Origin: an uncultured Rhodopirellula sp.
GTDB taxonomy: Bacteria > Planctomycetota > Planctomycetia > Pirellulales > Pirellulaceae
DNA: 46,495 nucleotides
Assembly: GCA_964007735.1 (NCBI GenBank)
Contig: CAXGAI010000038.1
Coordinates: 1-46,495 of the forward strand
Direction of reading: 5' to 3'
In this document: one piece after another, positions 25,984 through 34,827 of the stretch
Position numbering within the stretch: the first letter of the stretch is position 1
Layout of the letters: each line of letters starts with the position of its first letter
Notes under the pieces: generated by a model
What the model was told of the DNA's origin: nothing
The model's input: only the letters and a program-made list of their open reading frames with translations
Databases searched by the model: none
Program-made: the position numbers and the translations under genes

Positions 25984-28617
25984 ATGATGGCCCAACAAGG
26001 CTCCAGGCTACGGCTTTCACAGTCCGATCTAGTTTCAACGCTAACGTCCACGCTTGTGTTAATATTTGCCTGCCTAGTATCATTTGCTCCCTGTGGAGGG
26101 CAGGACATTGCTGGTCAGTCTCCAGTCGCAACTTTTGAAAAAAGTATCCGGCCTTTTATTGTGAAATACTGCATTAACTGCCACGGTCCCACAATGCAAA
26201 AAGCCAGTTTGCGACTCGACACTCTGGATGGCGATCTCCAGAACGGGAATATGGCTGATACGTGGCAAGAAGTGTTAGATTTGATAAACCTTGGGGAAAT
26301 GCCACCTAAAGATTTCTCGCGCCAACCATCTTCGCAGGAACGTAGGGCAGCCGTAACCTCATTAACCACAGAATTTCGACGCGTTCTAGAAACCCAACGA
26401 TCGACGGCTGGGCGGAATATTATTCGCAGGCTAACCACTTACGAATACAACAACACACTCCGAGACCTCCTACAATTAGACCTGCGGTTTTCCACGGATT
26501 TGCCCCCGGAAGGCGCGGCTTCTGAAGGGTTTAAAAACAATAGTTCTGTGCTGGGGATGTCAGCATTACACTTAGAATACTTTGAGCGAATAGCTCGCAG
26601 CGCCTTAAGCCGCATTTTATTAGTACCGGAGGAAAAACCTCCTTCTTATGTCGTGCGGATTGAACCAGAATTAGCCTACAAGCAAATCGCCGAGTCCCAG
26701 CGGGCAATCAAGACTCAGGCAACCTACAATTTACGCCCTTTGGTGGCAGGGAAAGCCAAACACAAAGGCCTTTTTAAGTTGGTATACGGCGAGCTCTTGG
26801 AGGATGCTACAGGAATAGTCCTTGCCGGAAATCGTCCTATTGATCCGGTGAATACCCCGTTTTCGGCGGATCGTAAAATTGGCGGATCTTTGGGCGATGG
26901 ACGATCCGGCTATCAGCCTGAGTTTATTGCCGAACTTTATGAGATTCCTCCCAATTCTCCTGTGCGAGTAACGATTCGCGCCGCCGCTCGACCCGGCAAA
27001 GGGCACTCTCTGCCTCGTCTTTCTTTCGAACTTGGAAGTTTTAGAGGGAACGGTGTCTCCGATCAAAAAGAGGCAGCAAACTTCGAATTGCAATCAGAGG
27101 AATTCCAGAACTATGAATTCATTGTGCATGGTGCCAATTTTCCATTTCAATCTAACAAGCCCTCCCGTCCCTCATATTTGCGGATTTTCAACGAATTTCG
27201 TCGTGGTACCAGCGATTTAGCCTATGAGGATTTGCCTAAATTAATGATCGACTGGGTAGAAATTGAAAGTAATTATTATCCGGAATGGCCAACGGCCCAG
27301 AACAAGGCGATCCTTATTGAAACGCCGTCTATCGGAGATGAATTAGAGTATGTGCGCGATGTTTTACGCCAATTCATGAAGCGGGCTTACCGCCGTCCAG
27401 TGTCAGACCATGAGGTAGAACGCAAAGCCATCTTATACGAGAAGTTGCGGCCTGCGCACGAATCCTTCGAAGACGCTTTGGTTTCTACGCTGACGGCGGT
27501 CCTCTGCTCGTCACATTTTCTTTTGATCGCCGAACCCGCCTCGCAACCCATTACAGCAGATACTATCGCCCCTCCACGAGACCTAAATGATTATGAACTG
27601 GCCACGAGGCTATCCTATTTCCTATGGAGTTCCATGCCCGACGCCAAACTATTTAAGCTCGCTGATCAAAAATTACTGAGAGATCCACAGGTGTTGCAGG
27701 AGCAGGTCCATCGAATGCTCAAAGATCCACGAGCCGAAGCTTTCTCGAAGAATTTCACCTCGCAATGGCTGGACTTAGATGGTATTCGGCGTCTGGCAGT
27801 TAATCCGGAATATTTCGTGTTCGAAGAAAAAACAAAAGATCTCTTTGAGAAGGAGTCCATCCAATTCCTACACCATGTACTAACTAATAATCTCAGTCTT
27901 GATAACTTCATTCACTCCGATTTCGTAGTACTGAATCACAAACTAGCAAAACATTATCGAATCCCCGGAATCAGCGGTGGCTTTGAAGTTCGGACACTGG
28001 GTTCAGAGCATCACCGAGGTGGATTCCTCACACAAGCCAGTATCCTATTCGGAAATTCAACCGGTTCTGAAACGCACCCCATCCGCCGTGGCATGTGGGT
28101 CCTTGAACGCATGCTCGATAATCCACCGCCCCCACCACCGCCAAATGTGCCGGAGTTGACGGTCGCCGTCGTTCCGGAAGAAGAGGGCCTGTCGTTAAAA
28201 CAGCGGCTGGTGGCGCATACCAACGTCCAGAGCTGCCGAGATTGCCACAGTAAGATTGACCCCTGGGGGCTGGCTTTTGAAAATTACAATGCCTTGGGGC
28301 AATGGCGCGAAGGAAATATCGATCCCAACGTAAAACCGCCCCATCAACAAGTTTCGGTCGACCCAAGCACCAAACTACAAGATGGACACCAAATTCAGAA
28401 CTTACACGAATTAAAGCGATACCTTTTAACTGACAAAAAAGAGGAGTATCGGCGTGCTGTGGTTCGCAAGATGATGTCCTATGCACTTGGACGTTATCTG
28501 GATTTTCGGGATCGCCCCGCAATTGACTCCATTTGCATGGCGCTTTCAACGAACGATGACAAAATTCACCTTTTGATAGAGCGGATCGTATTATCCGAAC
28601 CGTTTTTATCAAAATAA
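25984..28617 (+). CDS. DUF1592/DUF1588-type (PSD2-5/PSCyt3) planctomycete diheme cytochrome c protein
   Basis: Start moved to the ATG at 25984. KYCINCH..EMPP; RRLTTYEYNNTLRDLL (DUF1587); AYRRPV (DUF1595); YELATRLSYFLWSSMPD (DUF1592); HPIRRGMWVL..PPPPPPPNVP..CRDCHSKIDPWG (DUF1588); YALGR..IVLSEPF (DUF1585). Confidence 0.93.
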   Translation: MMAQQGSRLRLSQSDLVSTLTSTLVLIFACLVSFAPCGGQDIAGQSPVATFEKSIRPFIVKYCINCHGPTMQKASLRLDTLDGDLQNGNMADTWQEVLDLINLGEMPPKDFSRQPSSQERRAAVTSLTTEFRRVLETQRSTAGRNIIRRLTTYEYNNTLRDLLQLDLRFSTDLPPEGAASEGFKNNSSVLGMSALHLEYFERIARSALSRILLVPEEKPPSYVVRIEPELAYKQIAESQRAIKTQATYNLRPLVAGKAKHKGLFKLVYGELLEDATGIVLAGNRPIDPVNTPFSADRKIGGSLGDGRSGYQPEFIAELYEIPPNSPVRVTIRAAARPGKGHSLPRLSFELGSFRGNGVSDQKEAANFELQSEEFQNYEFIVHGANFPFQSNKPSRPSYLRIFNEFRRGTSDLAYEDLPKLMIDWVEIESNYYPEWPTAQNKAILIETPSIGDELEYVRDVLRQFMKRAYRRPVSDHEVERKAILYEKLRPAHESFEDALVSTLTAVLCSSHFLLIAEPASQPITADTIAPPRDLNDYELATRLSYFLWSSMPDAKLFKLADQKLLRDPQVLQEQVHRMLKDPRAEAFSKNFTSQWLDLDGIRRLAVNPEYFVFEEKTKDLFEKESIQFLHHVLTNNLSLDNFIHSDFVVLNHKLAKHYRIPGISGGFEVRTLGSEHHRGGFLTQASILFGNSTGSETHPIRRGMWVLERMLDNPPPPPPPNVPELTVAVVPEEEGLSLKQRLVAHTNVQSCRDCHSKIDPWGLAFENYNALGQWREGNIDPNVKPPHQQVSVDPSTKLQDGHQIQNLHELKRYLLTDKKEEYRRAVVRKMMSYALGRYLDFRDRPAIDSICMALSTNDDKIHLLIERIVLSEPFLSK

Positions 28618-28642
28618 CAGAATAACTTACGGGCTAAACCTT

Positions 28643-29953
28643 ATGAAACAGAAATCCTGGCACCTGAACAGAAGAACAATATTAAAATCGTTGGGCGTCA
28701 CCATGGCGTTGCCGTGGCTCGAATGCATGAGTTGGGGTTCCGATCTTAAGCCACCGCGTAATCGTTTTTTCGCGGGGTTTTTCGCGTATGGCGTTCCAAT
28801 GCCTTTAGACGACGCTTCCGATCGACTAAGGAACGGATGGTTTCCGGTGGGTACGGGGAAGAACTACGTCGCTCCAGCGATGCACGAAAGTATTATGCCG
28901 CTACGAGATAAGATCACCTTTCTATCCGGATTATCGCACCCCTCCATGCGGTCGACCTCAGCACATAAGGGTGCCGACTATTTCCTGACAGGTGCTGACA
29001 TTCTCAAGACCTATGATAAACAAACGATATCCATCGATCAGCATGTAGCGCGTTCCATCGGCCAGGATACTCGCTTTGAGTCTATGGTACTTTCTTCATT
29101 TGGGGGGGTTAATCGTCCATACCGTTCGTCGACCCTATCTTTTGATCGAGCCGGCCGGCCAATACCGGCATTGAATAACCCCGCTGAGATATTTCGCCGC
29201 ATGTTCGGGGTCACCACTGACACTGAACGCAATGCCCTCGCAAGCCGAGGAAGCGTGATTGACGAAATTTTAGGTGAAGCCAGGGATCTGAATTTGCGAT
29301 TGGGTGCGAACGATCAGCGGAAGATGGACGAATATTTAAACTCTGTAAGAGAACTTGAAAAAATGACTGCCAGAGCCGTTGAGTGGCAATCCACACCTAA
29401 GTCAAAAGTGGATGCCCAACATTTAGATCTATCTCTCAATGTGACCTCTCCGCGTGAATATTTGACGGTGATGTATGACCTAATGGCGTTAGCTTTCCAG
29501 ACCGACACAACCCGAGTGGCGTCGTTTCAGACGGCCTGCGAGGAGGGTGGCCTAACCGATCGGTTCCCATCCGCTTTGGGCTTGGCTAACTCGTCTCACA
29601 AACTTTCCCACGAAAAGAAAGACTATGACGACGTGGCCAAGTACCTCTCGTTCCTCAATGAGATGCACGCAAACTTCATCCATAAACTTGACTCAATCCA
29701 GGAAGGTGACAGCACTCTCTTAGATAACACACTATGCTTCTACGGTTGTGCTACCAGCAAAACACATCAGGCCACAAATTATCCCATCATACTTAGTGGC
29801 GGAAAAAACATGGGCTTCGCTCATGGGTCTCACTTAAATTACAGCGATGAAATTCCTCTTTCGAATCTATTCGTTACCATCTCGAACCAAGTGGGTGGGC
29901 CAACAGAATCTTTTGCAGACAGCACAGCTGATATTAGTGAGGTGTTGGGTTAG
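28643..29953 (+). CDS. DUF1552 (HXXSHH) family protein, Tat-exported
   Basis: LNRRTILKSLGVTMALPWLE; LSGL; SIDQ; DEYLNSVRELE; LAFQTDTTRV; HKLSHE; EGDSTLLDNT; PLSNLFVT. Directly follows the DUF1592 gene. Confidence 0.92.
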   Translation: MKQKSWHLNRRTILKSLGVTMALPWLECMSWGSDLKPPRNRFFAGFFAYGVPMPLDDASDRLRNGWFPVGTGKNYVAPAMHESIMPLRDKITFLSGLSHPSMRSTSAHKGADYFLTGADILKTYDKQTISIDQHVARSIGQDTRFESMVLSSFGGVNRPYRSSTLSFDRAGRPIPALNNPAEIFRRMFGVTTDTERNALASRGSVIDEILGEARDLNLRLGANDQRKMDEYLNSVRELEKMTARAVEWQSTPKSKVDAQHLDLSLNVTSPREYLTVMYDLMALAFQTDTTRVASFQTACEEGGLTDRFPSALGLANSSHKLSHEKKDYDDVAKYLSFLNEMHANFIHKLDSIQEGDSTLLDNTLCFYGCATSKTHQATNYPIILSGGKNMGFAHGSHLNYSDEIPLSNLFVTISNQVGGPTESFADSTADISEVLG

Positions 29954-30137
29954 AGAGAAACGTCCTCGATGCTCAATCCTGCTTACTCCATTGGAAGTTG
30001 CTGATTTGTTTTGAGGACACATCGATAGGGTGTAAACTAGAATTTTAGCGCGGTAAATTCCGCGACCGCAACTATGTCAACGATCACGCTTACAACGATA
30101 TGTTTTCTGAAGTTATTTCATAAAAAATAGGCTAAAG

Positions 30138-31547
30138 ATGATAGATCCAAGGTTTGTTTCCCGAAACATGATGAGCCGTCGCTCGTTATTTCGTTCCTCA
30201 TTAGCTGGCACTTTGTTGCTGCCGGGAATCACTGAATCGCTCGGTATCGATGGATCGGCCCTTCAGAGCTCCAAATCTGCGCACTTTCCGGCGAAGGCGA
30301 AAAATGTCATTTTCCTCTTCATGACGGGTGGAGTTTCACACGTAGATACCTTCGATCCTAAGCCTGCCTTACATCGGGATCATGGTAAAGAAATTAAAGC
30401 TAACCACCCCGAGATTAAGGATCGACCTGGTTACGAGCGGATTTACCTGAAACGTCCGCAATGGGAGTTTTCCCCTCATGGCGACTCCGGGATCGAGGTA
30501 AGCACGCTCTTTCCGCATGTCGCGACCTGCGTCGACGACCTCGCTATCATACGGTCTATGCATACATCGCACTCCAATCATTACAATGCTACACTCGGAA
30601 TGCATACCGGTTCCTTCGCTGTTTCCAGACCAAGTATTGGTTCATGGGTCACCTACGGGTTGGGGACAATCAACCAGAACTTGCCAGGTTTTGTGGTTAT
30701 TGCTCCCCGCCAAACCTATGCAGGGACACAGGTGTATTCCAATGACTTTCTACCAGCAGTGAACCAGGGAACCCTTGTCGTCCCTGGTACAGAACCCGTC
30801 GCGAACGTGAAACCCCGTCTTACGACGGTGAAACAGCGCAAAGAACTAGACGCGCTGCGAGAATTGAACGAATTGCATGCAGAACGGCGGGACAACAAGG
30901 CAACATTGTCCGCAAGAATGAGAAGTTTTGAGACAGCCTATGGGATGCAGCGGGCTGTTCCAGACGCGTTTGATTTTAGCAAGGAATCAAAAACAACGCT
31001 GGATAATTACGCTATCCAACCAAATTCGACTACCGGTTTTGGATGGCAATGCCTCGCGGCGCGCCGATTGGTCGAACGAGGCGTCCGATTTGTGGAGTTG
31101 ATTGACACGGGTTCATCCGGAAACTGGGATGCGCATGGCGACATGATGACTCACGTGGGATTGGCTAAAAATGTTGACCAACCGATTGCCGCACTGCTCA
31201 AAGACCTTAAACAAAGAGGCATGCTCGATGATACCCTCGTTGTATGGACTACCGAATTCGGTCGTACGCCGTTTAATAACACGGCCGATGCAAAGGGGCG
31301 TGAACACCATCCCTGGGCGTTCACCTCATGGCTTGCTGGTGCAGGCGTCAAACAGGGCATCACCTATGGTGAAACCGACGAGCATGGATTACGGGCGGAG
31401 GTTAATAAGGTTCATGTCCACGACTTCCACGCGACGATTCTACACCTATTAGGTTTCGACCATCAGGCATTGACCTATCGGCATGCCGGTCGCGATTACC
31501 GTCTTACCGACGTCGAAGGACAGGTTATACGTGGTGTTCTATCTTAA
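30138..31547 (+). CDS. DUF1501 family protein, subtype A
   Basis: SRRSLF Tat motif; HFPAKAKNVIFLFMTGGVSHVDTFDPKP; NWDAH; EFGRTP; GREHHP; GRDYRLTDVEG. Confidence 0.94.
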   Translation: MIDPRFVSRNMMSRRSLFRSSLAGTLLLPGITESLGIDGSALQSSKSAHFPAKAKNVIFLFMTGGVSHVDTFDPKPALHRDHGKEIKANHPEIKDRPGYERIYLKRPQWEFSPHGDSGIEVSTLFPHVATCVDDLAIIRSMHTSHSNHYNATLGMHTGSFAVSRPSIGSWVTYGLGTINQNLPGFVVIAPRQTYAGTQVYSNDFLPAVNQGTLVVPGTEPVANVKPRLTTVKQRKELDALRELNELHAERRDNKATLSARMRSFETAYGMQRAVPDAFDFSKESKTTLDNYAIQPNSTTGFGWQCLAARRLVERGVRFVELIDTGSSGNWDAHGDMMTHVGLAKNVDQPIAALLKDLKQRGMLDDTLVVWTTEFGRTPFNNTADAKGREHHPWAFTSWLAGAGVKQGITYGETDEHGLRAEVNKVHVHDFHATILHLLGFDHQALTYRHAGRDYRLTDVEGQVIRGVLS

Positions 31548-31566
31548 CCCGGCACGGAGCCGAATT

Positions 31567-32718
31567 ATGAGAGTATTTCCGAACCACATCTTTCTGCTGA
31601 TCGTGACGGCGATCCCCAGTGTCCACGAGGGGGCCGACTGGCCACGTCACGTTATTATGGACCAGGGCCATTGTAATACGGCTGTCGCCCTTAACGCGAA
31701 TGGAGATCAGACGCTTGACGTCATCGCCAGTTTTAACGGCCGGATTAGCCTTTTCATCGCACCAAACTGGGAAAAGGAGGTAATTCTACATCAATTTCCC
31801 GGCGCAAAGGGTAACTGTATCCACAGCGAAACAATAGACGTTGATGGCGACGGAGATCTGGACTGGGCCGGGACGCTAGCCCATGGCCACCCTTTTTGGC
31901 TGGAGAACCCCGGTTTAGAAGCGGCTCAAAAGGGCGCTTGGATACCCCGTGTCATCGACCCAGAGATCACAGGAATCCACTGTATTCTTAAGTCGGATAT
32001 CGACAACGATGGCCGGCCGGATCTCGTGATCAACAATTTTGAGCCTGAAAAAGGAATTGGCGATTCGATGGCATGGTTTAGCATCCCAAGCAATCCCCAC
32101 AGAGCTAAACAATGGAATCGACATATTTTCGCCAAGGGTGACGCTCGGGGCGGAAGCCATTATATGGGTGTCGGGGACATCGATGGCGATGGATGGAAGG
32201 AAATTGCGGTTGGTGCTAAGGGAAAGCCCTTTGCAGACGGTAATTGGTTCGCCTACTGGAGAAATCCAGGGAGACAAGACGTCAAAGGGGCCTGGGTTAA
32301 AGTGTCCCTGGCTCAGCATCAAACAGCGGCCACCAACATACGTCCCGCGGATGTTAATGGGGACGGGAAGGTGGATTGGGTCGCTACACGTGGGCATGGA
32401 GTGGGCGTCATCTGGTTTGAAAATCCAAGTTGGAGAATCCATGATATCGATACCACGCTTCTCCAGCCCCACAGCCTAACTGTAGCCGATTTTGATCAAG
32501 ACGGAGACGTGGACGCAGCTAGCTGCGGGTACGAGAGCAAACGAGTTATGCTTTATCTCAATAATGGCCAAGGAAAGTTCAAGTGGACGGTTCTCGATGA
32601 AAACGAGGAAAGTTACGATCTCCGACATGTCGATATGGATGGCGATGGCGATTTCGACTTACTAAACGCCGGGCGTGGTTCAAACAATGTTGTGTGGTAC
32701 GAAAATCCACTGAATTAA
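31567..32718 (+). CDS. Secreted FG-GAP/VCBS repeat beta-propeller protein
   Basis: Start moved to the ATG at 31567. About seven DxDxDG-type repeats (NANGDQTLD, DVDGDGDLD, DIDNDGRPD, DIDGDGWKE, DVNGDGKVD, DFDQDGDVD, DMDGDGDFD), several followed by W-x-E/R-N-P. Confidence 0.88.
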   Translation: MRVFPNHIFLLIVTAIPSVHEGADWPRHVIMDQGHCNTAVALNANGDQTLDVIASFNGRISLFIAPNWEKEVILHQFPGAKGNCIHSETIDVDGDGDLDWAGTLAHGHPFWLENPGLEAAQKGAWIPRVIDPEITGIHCILKSDIDNDGRPDLVINNFEPEKGIGDSMAWFSIPSNPHRAKQWNRHIFAKGDARGGSHYMGVGDIDGDGWKEIAVGAKGKPFADGNWFAYWRNPGRQDVKGAWVKVSLAQHQTAATNIRPADVNGDGKVDWVATRGHGVGVIWFENPSWRIHDIDTTLLQPHSLTVADFDQDGDVDAASCGYESKRVMLYLNNGQGKFKWTVLDENEESYDLRHVDMDGDGDFDLLNAGRGSNNVVWYENPLN

Positions 32719-32728
32719 GTCAGCTTAA

Positions 32729-34030
32729 ATGCACCAGAAAATAATTCTTCTTATCATCCTCCTACTGCTACCCCAGAGCCAATTGGGGCTTCTCAGAGCT
32801 CAAAGTACGTTTGACTTTTATCCGGAGCCCATTTCCTACCAATTAACAACCGGTGATAACGCGATTACCCACTTACAGCATCAACTGCAAACAGGGGCAG
32901 CTAAGCTGAACTTCGATCCCAAGCGGGGTTACCTGGATTCTGTCATGCAACTCCTATCCATCCCTGTTAACACGCAGGCGCTCGTATATTCAAAGACCAG
33001 CCTTCAACTTCGGCCTATTTCGCCAACGAATCCCCGGGCGTTATATTACAACGATGAGATATATGTTGGCTGGGTGCCTAAGGGCGATAAGCTGGAATTC
33101 ATCGTCTCTGACAAAACACTCGGCGCGGTTTTTTACACGCTTAAACAGGATCCAAACGGTACGCCTAGGTTTCAAAGGGATCGGGGAGAGTGTTTACAAT
33201 GCCATGCGAACCGTCGGACCCAGGGGGTGCCTGGTCCATTAGTTCGAAGTTTGTATACAGCTTCCAGCGGGCAACCTATCTACAATTTTGGAAATTACTT
33301 ATCCGATCACACTTCGCCGTTCCGCCAACGATGGGGTGGCTACTATGTCACTGGCTCGCACGGCAAAATGCAACATATGGGAAATATTTTTGTCGATCCG
33401 CACGACGATATCGACGCGATCGATTATTCGCTCGGAGCAAATCATTCTGAATTACTTCAACAAGTCAATCGCTCTGTTTATCCGACAAACACCAGCGATA
33501 TTGTCGCGCTCATGGTGTTACAACACCAAACTCAAATGCAAAATCTCCTCACCAAGGCGGTCTATGAAGAACGCCTTGCCGACCACTACGATAAATCATT
33601 TCAACTGGACGTCCAAAACGGGAGTGATTTCAGCAAACGCCGGATTGCCAATAGTGTTGAGAACTTGCTTGCCTACATGTTCTTTGTTGACGAGTGCGTT
33701 TTAAGTGCGAAAATACAAGGAACGAGCACGTTTACGCGGGATTTCTCCAACCGCAAGCCATCGACAATAAGCGGGAAAAGCCTTTACCAATTGGATCTCG
33801 AATCTCGCATGTTCCAATATCCGCTCAGCTACATGGTATACTCCAGCACATTTGAGCAGTTGGGGCCTAAAACAAGGGCGCTCTTTAATGACCGGATCCA
33901 GCAAATTCTGAATGATAAACCAACGGGCAACGATGTGCATACTTATCGTCATTTGACGCCGACTCTTAAGGCTGCCATCCGCGATATTCTGAGCGAAACA
34001 CACTCCACTCTAGGTCCCCTATTCAACTAG
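32729..34030 (+). CDS. Conserved secreted hypothetical protein with a single CxxCH heme-c motif
   Basis: Hydrophobic signal peptide; YSKTSLQ..ISPTNPRALYYND; CLQCH; RWGGYYVTG.HG...HMGN; SDIVALMVLQHQ. Confidence 0.75.
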   Translation: MHQKIILLIILLLLPQSQLGLLRAQSTFDFYPEPISYQLTTGDNAITHLQHQLQTGAAKLNFDPKRGYLDSVMQLLSIPVNTQALVYSKTSLQLRPISPTNPRALYYNDEIYVGWVPKGDKLEFIVSDKTLGAVFYTLKQDPNGTPRFQRDRGECLQCHANRRTQGVPGPLVRSLYTASSGQPIYNFGNYLSDHTSPFRQRWGGYYVTGSHGKMQHMGNIFVDPHDDIDAIDYSLGANHSELLQQVNRSVYPTNTSDIVALMVLQHQTQMQNLLTKAVYEERLADHYDKSFQLDVQNGSDFSKRRIANSVENLLAYMFFVDECVLSAKIQGTSTFTRDFSNRKPSTISGKSLYQLDLESRMFQYPLSYMVYSSTFEQLGPKTRALFNDRIQQILNDKPTGNDVHTYRHLTPTLKAAIRDILSETHSTLGPLFN

Positions 34031-34046
34031 GGAACCGCCGCACAGA

Positions 34047-34580
34047 CTATTTTTCCGGCGCTAGTTTATATACAAGCGGTATTTCGATAATCAATCCAGC
34101 GACCTTTCTGCCACCATTTTGCTGACCCAGAGCGCTAACGTGACATTTTTGGCAATTTGCGAAGAGCGTAATAGCACGACCGCTAACAAATTTATCGTCT
34201 ATGATTTTTTCAAAGCGTTTATTGTTCGACTTAAGAAAACTTGCTATCTCCTTCGTCAGTACATCATTAGGCTCATGTTTGGGATCCATCGCAGGAGTAT
34301 TCACAGCAATCCATCGACTTTTGGTTCCATTGTCGTAATCCACTCGCCGAAATACATCTTCCAAGACGCTAGAAGGTACAGCAGCTCTTTCGTTCCCATC
34401 GAAGTATCTGCGATGCATCTGCTGCAATGTCGATAGGTAAGCAGACTCAAGCAATTTAACACGAGCTCGTGCCTCTTCAGTTTCTATACGCCGATAGCCG
34501 GGCTCGGCTCCTCCTATCTGAGATTCGATCGGGCTAAACCCAACGACCAACATCATCAAAGACAGCTTCCAATAATTCAT
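34047..34580 (-). CDS. Small secreted c-type heme protein (DUF3365/Tll0287-like)
   Basis: Start moved to the ATG at 34580 (MNYWKLSLMMLVVG); the 34652 start is also possible. RWIAVNTPAMDPKHEP; C-terminal CQKCH followed by AGLIIEIP. Confidence 0.72.
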   Translation of the reverse strand: MNYWKLSLMMLVVGFSPIESQIGGAEPGYRRIETEEARARVKLLESAYLSTLQQMHRRYFDGNERAAVPSSVLEDVFRRVDYDNGTKSRWIAVNTPAMDPKHEPNDVLTKEIASFLKSNNKRFEKIIDDKFVSGRAITLFANCQKCHVSALGQQNGGRKVAGLIIEIPLVYKLAPEK

Positions 34581-34827
34581 CTTTCTGCTTAGCCCCCAAC
34601 CGATCGGTTGAAACATCGGTTTATAATTTCCACCTTGATACCGCCTGATCAATGCACATCTTTATAAAACACTGTGCTTCGTCCTAGCCGGACAGTATAC
34701 CGCATCGAGCCCTATCGGCTAAACCATCTCCACTTCATTAGCGGGCTATAGATTAGCTTTTGCATTTTGTCTGAGGCATAATAAAGAAAGATACTTACAC
34801 ATCAACCGTCAACCCAGAGTTTAGAAG

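Noticed and set aside
28120..28150. Poly-proline / CCA-CCG run as a possible repeat or contingency locus
   Set aside because: PPPPP is a normal feature of DUF1588 domains, and the codons are mixed rather than a slippage tract.
28028..28612. 194-aa antisense ORF (likewise 24845-25375, 31915-32472 and the other short overlapping ORFs)
   Set aside because: All overlap strongly supported genes on the other strand or frame and show no family motifs.
30049..30064. CGCGG-TAAATT-CCGCG hairpin upstream of a DUF1501 gene
   Set aside because: Only a 5-bp stem with no T tract; not distinguishable from chance.
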